A stretch of 64,000 nucleotides of DNA from an uncultured Opitutales bacterium (lineage in GTDB: Bacteria; Verrucomicrobiota; Verrucomicrobiia; Opitutales; UBA9783): contig CAKUSQ010000001.1 in the NCBI GenBank assembly GCA_934691225.1, forward strand, positions 264,927-328,926, read 5' to 3'. Numbering within the stretch: position 1 is the first letter of the stretch; every line of letters begins with the position of its first letter. This document shows, piece by piece, positions 43,695 through 54,810 of this stretch. Position numbers and translations under genes: made by a program. Under the pieces are notes generated by a model. It saw nothing but the letters and a program-made list of their open reading frames with translations. It made no database searches and had not been told where the DNA came from.

Positions 43695-46111
43695 AAATTT
43701 TGCTTCCTTACTTGATAATCATAATTTTTTTCGAGCATTTCCTGCAATGCTTCGAAAATCGGACTTACTGTCTCTTCCGTGAGGGTACCACTATTTGAAC
43801 CAAAAACAATCGTAAATGCGAGACTTTTCTTCAGTAAATTTTGTTCATCGTAGAAAACATCAAACAAACGAACTTCCTGAACCTGAACCGGATTTTTTAC
43901 TAGTTTTTTCAACGATTTAATGATCACCTGCCGAACCTCTTCACCTAAAACTGTTTTCGGAACCCACAAGGCAATATCTTTCATAACTGATGGGCATTCT
44001 GAATAAGCAGAAAACGTTTTATCCGATTTCAAACGAATCCTTTCTGGCAACCACATACACTCAGCTGCAAAAACAATTTCATTTTTAAACCATTGCTGTG
44101 TAAAATTTAGATTCAAATATCCTAAATCAGCTTCAAAACCTCTCTGTTCCCACAAACCTATTTTACCAGAATAGTTATCTTGCCATAAAGGTATAGGCGT
44201 CATGGTAGCTGTCTGTACAACCGAACCCTGCATACCGCTCGCAACGATTAAAGAACGAACATAATTTTGTGCTTCATAAAAATTAAAATTCGTTGTTTTC
44301 ATCCACTGACGCTCTGTTGACGGACAAAACACAAACGCGGTTGCCAACATTTCACACAACTGCCCATTGCGATTCACCTTAAAAATACGCCCTGTCTCAA
44401 ATAAACGCTCAACGGCATTACCATGATGCCAATTTTCACATAAACAATTTATCAATCCAGGCACTAAAGAAAATCGTAAACAAGCGTGTTCTGCACTCAA
44501 AGGTTTTGTTAGCGTTAAAACACGAAGTTGTTCATCTGGTAAAAAACCTTCATACCAAGTACGAGGCTGCAACGTATCTGTATAACACTCATAAAATCCT
44601 GCATTTGAAAGAATAGCTGCGTGACTATCACGAAGCTTATTTTCAACTGCATCTTCAACCTCACAAGCCACTCCATCCGGTTGTTTCGTCGGGATCTTAT
44701 CCGTTCCCCACAAACGAATAAATTCTTCAACCAAATCTGCAACCTGCGTTACATCATCACGATAGACCGGAACCGTTACTTTAAAGAAGTCAGGTTTATA
44801 TACAACAAACAAGAAATTTAACTTTTCTAATGTTTGTTTAAAAATATCCCCTGAAATTTCAAAACCTAAGATTTTTTTAACTTTATTAAAATCCACATCT
44901 AAAACGCGCGGAACAATTTCATCTTTGCCTAAACATACATACTTTACAACCTTAAGACCCGAATTTGTTTTTCTTAACAATTGAAGTGCTTGCGCTAAAG
45001 CTTTCGAAGCATTTGTCTTATCAACAAACCGTTCAAAACGATAAGAACTATCGCTCGACAGGTTCAATTTTTGCGAAGTTTTGCGAATTGAATTCGCTGA
45101 AAAATGCGCACATTCAATAAAAATACGTCGTGTTGTTGATTTTATTTCACTTGATGCTCCACCCATAACACCTGCAATTGATAATGCGTGAGCTTCATCG
45201 GCTACCACCAACATATCTTCATCAAGTACACGCTTTTGCCCATCTAAGGTAACCAGTTCTTCGCCTTGATAAGCTTTTCTAATTTTCAATGAACCATGAA
45301 TTTGATCCGCATCAAAAGCATGCAATGGTTGTCCTTGTTCCAATAAAACACAATTAGTAACATCCACTACATTGTTAATAGCTCGTAATCCCGACTTCTG
45401 CAAAAAACTCTGGATTGCTTCCGTACTAGGCATTACCTCAACTCCTTCAATTAAACAACCCGAAAAATAATCACAATCTGCAGATGTTACTGTCGCAAAA
45501 TCATTACTTACATCAAAGTTTTCGTTTATTTCTACCGTATTTAAAGGAAGATTAAAAAATGCACTCAACTCTCTCGCCAATCCCCAATAACATAAACAGT
45601 CACCTCGATTTGAAGTCACTGAAATATCCCAAACAACATCTCTCTTTTCAGAAAAAAGCTGCTCTAAAGGAGTACCGATAGTTGGTTTTAAATCGTTTAA
45701 AATATATAATCCAGAACTTTCTCCTGAGGTTAATCCTAACTCGCTCGCACTGCACATCATACCGCAGGATTCAACCCCCCGCATGCGCGTCTTCTTTAAA
45801 ATAATATCACCTAATTTCGCACCTTCCAAAGCCACAGGAACAATATCACCTACCGTAAAATTCGATGCACCGCATACAATTTGTAAGGGGTCTTGTTGCC
45901 CAACATTTACCTTGCAAACACTTAAATGGTCCGAATCCGGATGCTTCACCTTCTCAATAACTTGGCCAACCACCAATGGCCCTTCACCACAATAACCCAG
46001 TTTTTCTGTTCCCTCAATTTCAAAACCTAAATGAATAAAAGCTGCAGCCACTTCTTCTGGATTACTTGGAACAGAAATATAATATTTGAGAATACTTAAA
46101 GCAATCTTCAT
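43691..46111 (-). CDS. pheT: Phenylalanine--tRNA ligase beta subunit
   Basis: 806 aa. tRNA-binding N-terminal domain (GQVIEKVKHPDSDHLSVCKVNVG), B3/4, B5 and FDX-ACB-like C-terminus. Confidence 0.93.
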   Translation of the reverse strand: MKIALSILKYYISVPSNPEEVAAAFIHLGFEIEGTEKLGYCGEGPLVVGQVIEKVKHPDSDHLSVCKVNVGQQDPLQIVCGASNFTVGDIVPVALEGAKLGDIILKKTRMRGVESCGMMCSASELGLTSGESSGLYILNDLKPTIGTPLEQLFSEKRDVVWDISVTSNRGDCLCYWGLARELSAFFNLPLNTVEINENFDVSNDFATVTSADCDYFSGCLIEGVEVMPSTEAIQSFLQKSGLRAINNVVDVTNCVLLEQGQPLHAFDADQIHGSLKIRKAYQGEELVTLDGQKRVLDEDMLVVADEAHALSIAGVMGGASSEIKSTTRRIFIECAHFSANSIRKTSQKLNLSSDSSYRFERFVDKTNASKALAQALQLLRKTNSGLKVVKYVCLGKDEIVPRVLDVDFNKVKKILGFEISGDIFKQTLEKLNFLFVVYKPDFFKVTVPVYRDDVTQVADLVEEFIRLWGTDKIPTKQPDGVACEVEDAVENKLRDSHAAILSNAGFYECYTDTLQPRTWYEGFLPDEQLRVLTLTKPLSAEHACLRFSLVPGLINCLCENWHHGNAVERLFETGRIFKVNRNGQLCEMLATAFVFCPSTERQWMKTTNFNFYEAQNYVRSLIVASGMQGSVVQTATMTPIPLWQDNYSGKIGLWEQRGFEADLGYLNLNFTQQWFKNEIVFAAECMWLPERIRLKSDKTFSAYSECPSVMKDIALWVPKTVLGEEVRQVIIKSLKKLVKNPVQVQEVRLFDVFYDEQNLLKKSLAFTIVFGSNSGTLTEETVSPIFEALQEMLEKNYDYQVRKQNL

Positions 46112-46201
46112 AATCCTAGATAAATATTTCTCTCAAAAATTGTCAATGCCTTTATATCAAAGGCCATTGTAGAGGTTTTATTTATTAATTCATCATAACT
46201 A

Positions 46202-46236
46202 TAAAAAAACAAAAAGGAATATAACTATTCCTTTTT
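46202..46236 (-). terminator. Rho-independent terminator after groEL
   Basis: Stem aaaaaggaata / tattccttttt (46211-46221 / 46226-46236). The minus strand is followed by GTTTTTTTAT. Confidence 0.65.
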
Positions 46237-46263
46237 GCTCATTATTGTTACAACAACACAGGA

Positions 46264-48206
<1,943 letters not shown>

Positions 48207-48233
48207 AAACTTCTTTCTATTTAAGGTTAAAAA

Positions 48234-50171
48234 TTATTTCTTATTTCCATCATCGACAACTTCAAAATCAGCGTCAACCACATTTCCATCCGCTTTTTTC
48301 TCAGCTTTAGGTTGTTCCGGTTGCGGTTGTTCAGGCGTTGCATTAGCATTACCATACATCGCCTTACCGATTTCCTGCAATGCTTCCAATAAATCCGTTT
48401 CTTTGGCTTTCAAAGTCTCCAAATCTACCGACTTATCTTCCAACGCCTTCTTTGTACTTTCCAACTTTGCACTTAAAGTTTCTTTTTTATCAGCCGGCAA
48501 TTTATCTCCAAATTCTTTCATTTGCTTTTCAGCCTGATAAACCAAGTTATCTAAACGATTGAACACTTCTACATGTTCACGTTCTTTTTTATCTTGATCA
48601 GCAAATTGTTCAGCTTCTTTGCGTAAATGTTCAACTTCTTCCTCCGATAACCCTGAAGAACCTGAAATCGTAATTCTTTGATCTTTACCTGTCGCAACAT
48701 CCTTGGCTGTTACATGCAAAATACCACTTGCATCTATATCAAAGGTTACTTCAATCTTTGGTTCACCACGTGGCGCCATAGGGATACCTTCCAAACGGAA
48801 CATTCCCAATGTTTTATTATCTTTAGCCAATGAACGTTCTCCCTGCAAAACATGAATATCAACTGCGGTTTGATTATCTGCGAAAGTAGAAAATGTCTGC
48901 GATTTTTTTGTAGGTATCGTTGTGTTACGATCAATCATAGGGGTTGAAATACCTCCCGCAGTTTCAATACCCAATGTAAGTGGCGTTACATCCAACAGCA
49001 ATACATCGTTAACTTCTCCTTTCAGCACTCCACCTTGAATTGAAGCTCCAACAGCAACGACCTCATCCGGATTTACACCCTTATGTGCCGGTTTACCTGC
49101 CAAACTATTCGCAATTTCAACCACTTTCGGTGAACGTGTCATACCACCTACCAAAACCAATTCATCAATAGTATGAGCATCAATTCCAGCATCTTTCAAA
49201 CAAGCAAAAAATGGCTGCTTTAACCGTTCATACAGAGGATCACAAATTTGCTCTAATTTAGCACGCGTTAAGTGTACATTTAAATGTTTAGGTCCACTTG
49301 CATCTGCGGTAATAAATGGTAAATTGATATCGGTTTCTTGTGCGGAAGATAATGCAATTTTTGCCTTTTCAGCTTCTTCTTTTAAACGCTGACGTGCCAT
49401 AGGATCTTTGGTTAAATCAATGCCATTCTCCTGCTTAAACGAATCTGCCAACCAGCGAATAATAGACTCATCCCAATCATCACCACCTAATAATGTATCA
49501 CCATTGGTAGCTTTTACCTCAAAGACGCCATCACCAATTTCCAAAACAGAAATATCAAATGTTCCACCTCCTACGTCAAACACAGCAATGGTTTCATCTT
49601 TTTTCTTATCCAAACCATACGCTAACGATGCAGCTGTTGGCTCATTGATAATACGTAACACTTCCAATCCTGCAATTGCACCTGCATCTTTGGTTGCCTG
49701 ACGCTGTGAATCGTTAAAATAAGCTGGTACCGTAATTACTGCCTGCTTTATGGTTTCTCCTAAATAAGCTTCCGCATCTGCCTTTAACTTCGACAAAACC
49801 ATAGCCGAAATTTGTTCCGGAGCAAACTGTTCTGTTTTATCACCTACCTGACATTCAATCCAAGCATCACCATTTTTACCTTCAACTACTTTATAAGGCA
49901 AATGCTTCAATGTATCTTGAACTTCTTTAAATTTTCGTCCAATAAGACGTTTTGCCGAGAATATCGTATTCTTTGGATTTGTAATGGCTTGCCGCTTCGC
50001 CGCTTGTCCTACTAAACGCTCACCACTTTTTGTGAAAGCGACAATTGACGGCGTTGTACGCGCACCTTCGGCATTAGGAATGACAACGGGCTCCCCTCCC
50101 TCCATGATCGACATACACGAATTTGTCGTTCCTAGATCTATTCCTAAAACTTTTCCTGTTACTTTATTCAT
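48234..50171 (-). CDS. dnaK: Molecular chaperone DnaK (Hsp70)
   Basis: [20 protein letters not shown]-type [25 protein letters not shown]. Confidence 0.98.
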   Translation of the reverse strand: MNKVTGKVLGIDLGTTNSCMSIMEGGEPVVIPNAEGARTTPSIVAFTKSGERLVGQAAKRQAITNPKNTIFSAKRLIGRKFKEVQDTLKHLPYKVVEGKNGDAWIECQVGDKTEQFAPEQISAMVLSKLKADAEAYLGETIKQAVITVPAYFNDSQRQATKDAGAIAGLEVLRIINEPTAASLAYGLDKKKDETIAVFDVGGGTFDISVLEIGDGVFEVKATNGDTLLGGDDWDESIIRWLADSFKQENGIDLTKDPMARQRLKEEAEKAKIALSSAQETDINLPFITADASGPKHLNVHLTRAKLEQICDPLYERLKQPFFACLKDAGIDAHTIDELVLVGGMTRSPKVVEIANSLAGKPAHKGVNPDEVVAVGASIQGGVLKGEVNDVLLLDVTPLTLGIETAGGISTPMIDRNTTIPTKKSQTFSTFADNQTAVDIHVLQGERSLAKDNKTLGMFRLEGIPMAPRGEPKIEVTFDIDASGILHVTAKDVATGKDQRITISGSSGLSEEEVEHLRKEAEQFADQDKKEREHVEVFNRLDNLVYQAEKQMKEFGDKLPADKKETLSAKLESTKKALEDKSVDLETLKAKETDLLEALQEIGKAMYGNANATPEQPQPEQPKAEKKADGNVVDADFEVVDDGNKK

Positions 50172-50185
50172 ATACCTCTGTATTG

Positions 50186-50201
50186 TGCAAAAATCATGCC
50201 A
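50186..50201 (-). promoter_or_regulatory. Sigma-54 (-24/-12)-like element facing dnaK
   Basis: The minus strand reads TGGCATG-ATTT-TTGCA, against consensus TGGCACG-N4-TTGCW (one core mismatch). It sits only about 15 nt from the dnaK ATG, so function is uncertain. Confidence 0.35.
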
Positions 50202-50220
50202 ATTTTTAAAAACCGCATAA

Positions 50221-50250
50221 ATTCTAACAAACGTAACCTATTTTAAACAA
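50221..50250 (-). promoter_or_regulatory. Sigma-70-like promoter candidate for dnaK-groESL
   Basis: Minus strand: -35 TTGTTT (50250-50245), 18-bp spacer, -10 TAGAAT (50226-50221). Confidence 0.35.
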
Positions 50251-50264
50251 CAAAAGACAAAATT

Positions 50265-50281
50265 TGTGCCAACATGGCACA
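50265..50281. promoter_or_regulatory. Perfect 7-3-7 palindrome TGTGCCA-ACA-TGGCACA (operator/UAS candidate)
   Basis: Read directly from the sequence. Lies 94-110 bp upstream of the dnaK ATG, just upstream of the candidate -35. Confidence 0.5.
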
Positions 50282-50296
50282 TTTTTCTGACACACT

Positions 50297-50313
50297 TGTG
50301 CCAATATGACATA
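50297..50313. promoter_or_regulatory. Degenerate second copy of the palindrome (TGTGCCA-ATA-TGACATA)
   Basis: The left half is identical and the right half matches 5/7. It starts 32 bp after the first copy. Confidence 0.35.
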
Positions 50314-50557
50314 AAAATATAACAAAAAGGTTGATTTTTTATAGAAACATCTCAATATTTCTTACATTATTATGAGTATGCCATATTTTCGTTATAACTT
50401 TTCATATCGTGAATTTAAGATAGATGTAGATAAAACCATTAAAATGATTACAACATACAAAATTACTTTTTAAATGTTGTTTTATGCTACCATTAAACAC
50501 TTCTACTACAAATGATGAAGAGGGTTATATTTACCAAAAAACAAAGGATTCTTACAA

Positions 50558-51406
50558 ATGATTAACAATAATATTGATAAACATCTAGATTCTCGTCCAG
50601 CAATTAAAGATAATGCATGGTTTGACAATTTAGCAAACAGAAAGAAAGAAGAAGCTTCTTTTCATGATTATATTAGAAGTGATGAAGCAATAACTTCTAA
50701 TCCTGATACACAAAGCAATTTAAAATTTTATAAAATTACAAAAAAAAGTAAAGATTATGTAAGAAAATGGCTAAGAGAACATGTAATTGGAAAAGTATTT
50801 TTAGATTATGCTTGCGGCGAAGGTCGGCATTCTGAAGATGTGCTGAAAAATTCTTCCCCAAGAATCTTAATTGGTTTAGACATTTCACCAGAAAGCGTGA
50901 AGATATGTCAAGATAAAGCAAGTAACATAAAAACTAAAAGCAAGGTTTATTTTGTTCAAGGTGATTGCGAAAATACAGAATTACCCGACAATTCTATAGA
51001 TGTTATTTTATGTTCAGAAATGTTACATCATCTCAATTTAAAATCAGCTTTTAAAGAATTATATCGTATTTGCGATAAAGGTGGACTTGTCTTTTGCTGC
51101 GAAGCTTTGGGAATAAATCCTATCATACAATGGTACAGAAATAGAACACCAAATATGCGAACCGAATATGAAACACACCATATACTTACCCCAAAAGCTT
51201 TTGATATAGCTAAAGAAGTCGGTTTTGTTGTAAAAGAGGTAAAATATTGGCATTTATTTGCTATTCCATCAGCTTTTCTTTTTAAACATAAGATTTTATT
51301 TCAAATTTTTCTGAAAATTGGCAATTTTTTAGATAGCATATTTTTAAAAATTCCTGGTTTACAAAAGCTAGCTTGGCAATTTACTTTTATTCTTCAAAAA
51401 CAATGA
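50558..51406 (+). CDS. Class I SAM-dependent methyltransferase
   Basis: Motif I FLDYACGEGRHS, post-I acidic GLDIS, motif II/III VQGDCENTELPDNSIDVILCSEMLHHL, LVFCCE. Confidence 0.75.
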   Translation: MINNNIDKHLDSRPAIKDNAWFDNLANRKKEEASFHDYIRSDEAITSNPDTQSNLKFYKITKKSKDYVRKWLREHVIGKVFLDYACGEGRHSEDVLKNSSPRILIGLDISPESVKICQDKASNIKTKSKVYFVQGDCENTELPDNSIDVILCSEMLHHLNLKSAFKELYRICDKGGLVFCCEALGINPIIQWYRNRTPNMRTEYETHHILTPKAFDIAKEVGFVVKEVKYWHLFAIPSAFLFKHKILFQIFLKIGNFLDSIFLKIPGLQKLAWQFTFILQKQ

Positions 51407-52140
51407 CCACAAACTATAAATTAAAAGAAAGAATTCATTATAACCAAATAGCCAAAAGTGCACATTACAGTTCATGATCTAACATTTACCCTGAATACCT
51501 TAAAGCACTTTACCACAAATATCTAAGTTATTTTAAGCAATTCAATTGAGTTATGTTGTGGTATGGGAGAATTTTCATTTGATATTGCTAAAATAACTCA
51601 AGGGAATATACAGGCTTTTGATATTCCAGAAGAAAGTATACGCATTTGTAAAAAACATCAAACATATAAAAATGGTTGCGATAATCTAACTTTTCAAGCA
51701 GCAGATATTGAAACACTTCAATTACCTGAAAAAGAATTCGATGTTATTTGTATGTCAGGAAGTTTGTCTTGCATAAATCTAGATACCTTTTTATGCAATT
51801 TATATGTTGAAACCTAATGATTGTTTTATCGCGGTTGATACTTACAGATATTCTCCAATTTACAATTCAAAAAAGAAGGCTCAGTTATTTATTGAAAAAA
51901 AGAACCAAAAAAACTCTTTTAGGAATTTCTAAAAAAGAAACTATAGATTCCATTAAAAAATGTTTTGAACGAACTGAAGTAAATTTTTATGGCACTTTTG
52001 CATTTATAGTCCCATTTTCAAAGTATATCATAGGAACAAATTTAACCGCCAAATTAGTTAATTTTTTAGATAAAGTTTTCCCTTTTTTAAATAAATATAC
52101 GTTTAAATTTGTCTTATTTTCAAAAGGAATAAAAAATTAA
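51403..52140 (+). pseudogene. Decayed tandem paralog of the upstream SAM-dependent methyltransferase
   Basis: The ATG overlaps the upstream TGA (ATGA). Frame 1 hits an in-frame TGA at 51475 and again at 51547. SAM motif I (IELCCGMGEFS) is in frame 2, LKPNDCFIAVD in frame 3, and the C-terminal part (FAFIVPFSKY...NFLDKVFPFLNKYTFKFVLFSKG, similar to the neighbour's C-terminus) is back in frame 1. Confidence 0.7.
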
Positions 52141-52384
52141 AATAAGAAAAAACAGGTGGGTAATAAATCGCTATTAAGAATTTTAAAACGGATGTTAGTT
52201 ATTCATGAGACAAAACGAAAATAGAATCAAATGAAATAAAATGTTCATGTCATTTAGCAATTGAACAAGAAACTACTCCTCTGTTTTATCAAAATTTTAA
52301 AAAAATAAATCCATACAGATAGTTTATTTAAATTATTTTGATAAATAGATTGAAAAACATTTATCGGGTGTATTTATTAAAATT

Positions 52385-53500
52385 ATGCAGATTTTTGTTC
52401 CTAGAGAAAACGAAAAGGAAACGCGAATTGCTGTAACACCTGATACGGTTAAGCAATTTGTAAAAAATGGATTTAAAATCCTAGTAGAAAACGGCGCTGG
52501 AACGAAGAGTTTGTTTTCAGATAATGATTACATACAAGCGGGTGCGCAAATTATTTCAAACGAAACGCGTGCTGAAGCTTTTAAAACAGCTGACATTATT
52601 TTACATGTACAACCACTTAATGTTGAGGAAATTACTCTTTTAAAAAATGATGCATGGCATATAAGTTTTTTTGATGCATTTCGCTATCCTGAAGCGTTAA
52701 AAGCATTTAAAAAACAAAAAAGCAATGTTATCAGTTTAGAACGTATACCTAGGACATCGTTTGCCCAAAAGATGGATGCGTTAAGTTCTCAATCCAGTTT
52801 AGCGGGTTACGTGGCTGTGATTCAAGGTATCCAACATCTAACTAAAACTATTCCAATGATGGTTACACCCGCAGGAACATTGCAAGCTGCCCGTGTGTTT
52901 GTTATCGGTGCTGGTGTAGCAGGCTTGCAAGCAATTGCAACAGCTAAACGCTTAGGTGCTCGCGTTGAAGCCTTCGATACGCGTGCTGAAGTTGAAGAAC
53001 AAGTAAATTCATTGGGAGCTAAATTTGTAAAAATTGATTTGGGCAAAACAGAAAGCACACAACAAGGATATGCCAAAGCTTTAACAGAAGAACAACTTCA
53101 ACGTCAACGTGAGCTTATGACGGCTACCTGTGCACATTCAGATATCGTTATTACAACGGCTAAAGTGTTTGGACGTAAAGCCCCTTTGATCATCAATCAA
53201 CACATGTTAGCATCGATGAAAAAAGGCAGTGTGGTTGTTGATCTTGCGGTAGAAGCAGGTGGTAACACAGAAGGTTTAACTTTAGGAGAAAATACAATTA
53301 CTGGCAATGGGGTTCAATTATTAGGGGAAGGTTACTGGGAACGTAAAGTAGCTACATCAGCATCTCAAGTATTAGCTGCCAATTTGTTTGCACTTATAAG
53401 CCATATATTCAATCCCAACAGCGAACTTATGATTAAAAACGAAGAAGATACTATACTCCAAAGTTGTCTGTGGATTAAAAACGGACAACCTAGATATTAA
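52385..53500 (+). CDS. pntAA: NAD(P) transhydrogenase subunit alpha part 1 (PntAA, dI domain)
   Basis: MDALSSQSSLAGYVAVIQG, IGAGVAGLQAIATAKRLGA, QQGYAKAL, VVDLAVEAGGN. Closely collinear with the Rhodospirillum-type PntAA. Confidence 0.88.
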   Translation: MQIFVPRENEKETRIAVTPDTVKQFVKNGFKILVENGAGTKSLFSDNDYIQAGAQIISNETRAEAFKTADIILHVQPLNVEEITLLKNDAWHISFFDAFRYPEALKAFKKQKSNVISLERIPRTSFAQKMDALSSQSSLAGYVAVIQGIQHLTKTIPMMVTPAGTLQAARVFVIGAGVAGLQAIATAKRLGARVEAFDTRAEVEEQVNSLGAKFVKIDLGKTESTQQGYAKALTEEQLQRQRELMTATCAHSDIVITTAKVFGRKAPLIINQHMLASMKKGSVVVDLAVEAGGNTEGLTLGENTITGNGVQLLGEGYWERKVATSASQVLAANLFALISHIFNPNSELMIKNEEDTILQSCLWIKNGQPRY

Positions 53501-53502
53501 TT

Positions 53503-54810
53503 ATGTCTGATGGAACTCAATCTTTGTTTTCTCAAAACGAACCTAATGAAGAAAACTTCAAGATTCGAGCACCATTACCCGAACGCATGCGTCCTCAATC
53601 TTTAGAGGAAGTTGTAGGGCAAGTTCATCTGTTATCTGCAAAAAGCGCGTTTCAAAATTGGTTAAAAAATAGTGGGAATGGCAATGTTTTACTGTATGGA
53701 CCTCCGGGTTGTGGAAAAACAACCTTAGCTCATCTGATTGCCAAACATCTCAAAAAAAAGCTTATACCCTTAAATGCAGTCCTTTCTAATATAAGCGATC
53801 TTCGCAATAAGATCTATCAAGCCGAACAAAGTCATGGACAATCCATCTTATTTATCGATGAAATCCACAGATTCAATCGATCTCAACAAGATGTATTGCT
53901 TCCATTATGCGAAACAGGTCGCATACAACTTATTGGTGCAACTACACATAATCCAGCTTTTTATATCATTCCTCCGTTGCTTAGTCGAAGCTATATTTTT
54001 GAGCTTAATGGTTTAAATTCTGATGACATTCAACAAGCACTAACATGCGCCCTTAACGATAATTTTCGTGGTTTAGGTAATTTACATGTCCAAGTACCAC
54101 CGTGCATTCTCAAAGAAATCGCTCGAATTGCCAATGGTGATCTAAGACGTGGGCTTAATTTACTAGAATTTTTATGCCTTAGTATCCCTATCGGTAGCAC
54201 TTTAGATGAACAACAAGTAAAAAATGAACTTTCTCATTGGAAAGAAAATTATAATGCTCGTGAAAACGATCACTATGATTTTATTTCTGCTTTTATAAAA
54301 AGTATTCGCGGAAGCGATCCAGATGCCGCTATTTATTGGCTTGCTAGGATGCTTAAAGGAGGAGAAGATCCTCTTTTTATCGCAAGAAGATTGATTATTT
54401 TAGCTTCAGAAGATGTAGGTCTTGCTGACTCAAGAGGGTTAAACTTAGCGACATCGGCTTATTCAGCATGTGAAAAAATTGGCATGCCTGAATGCGCTAT
54501 TAATCTTTCTCATGTAACCATTTTTTTAGCTTTGGCCCCCAAAAGCAACAGTGCGTATAACGCCTGGAATGCAGCTCATGATTATGTTGCCGCTGGGCAT
54601 TTACAAAAAGTACCCAACGCTTTACAACAAACTCCCTTACATCGTGATGATATTTACAAATACAGTCACGATTACGAAGCCAATGTTTCTGGACAAAGTT
54701 ATTGGGATGAATCGCAACAATTTTATCATTTAAAACCGATAGGTGCTGAAAAAAACATGGAAACTTTGTACAACTATCGGAAACAACTAAAGGAACAACT
54801 CAATGCCTGA
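53503..54810 (+). CDS. rarA: Replication-associated recombination protein A (RarA/MgsA, AAA+)
   Basis: LLYGPPGCGKTTLAHLIA, ILFIDEIHRFNRSQQD, and MgsA C-terminal DPDAAIYWLARMLKGGEDP. Confidence 0.92.
   Translation: MSDGTQSLFSQNEPNEENFKIRAPLPERMRPQSLEEVVGQVHLLSAKSAFQNWLKNSGNGNVLLYGPPGCGKTTLAHLIAKHLKKKLIPLNAVLSNISDLRNKIYQAEQSHGQSILFIDEIHRFNRSQQDVLLPLCETGRIQLIGATTHNPAFYIIPPLLSRSYIFELNGLNSDDIQQALTCALNDNFRGLGNLHVQVPPCILKEIARIANGDLRRGLNLLEFLCLSIPIGSTLDEQQVKNELSHWKENYNARENDHYDFISAFIKSIRGSDPDAAIYWLARMLKGGEDPLFIARRLIILASEDVGLADSRGLNLATSAYSACEKIGMPECAINLSHVTIFLALAPKSNSAYNAWNAAHDYVAAGHLQKVPNALQQTPLHRDDIYKYSHDYEANVSGQSYWDESQQFYHLKPIGAEKNMETLYNYRKQLKEQLNA

Noticed and set aside
48207-50557. CIRCE (HrcA operator) upstream of dnaK or groES
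   Set aside because: I looked for TTAGCACTC-N9-GAGTGCTAA on both strands by eye and did not find it. The palindrome present (TGTGCCA-ACA-TGGCACA) is unrelated in sequence.
51475-51477. In-frame TGA in the second methyltransferase, considered as Trp (genetic code 4) or selenocysteine recoding
   Set aside because: TGA clearly terminates well-supported neighbouring genes (the upstream methyltransferase at 51404-51406 and ogt at 11251-11253). The same gene also needs several frameshifts, so pseudogenisation is the simpler explanation.
51978-51996. TGGCACTTTTGCA inside the methyltransferase pseudogene, considered as a second sigma-54 promoter
   Set aside because: The spacing between the GG and GC elements is about 3 nt too short for a -24/-12 promoter. 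It lies inside (former) coding sequence with no gene start downstream.
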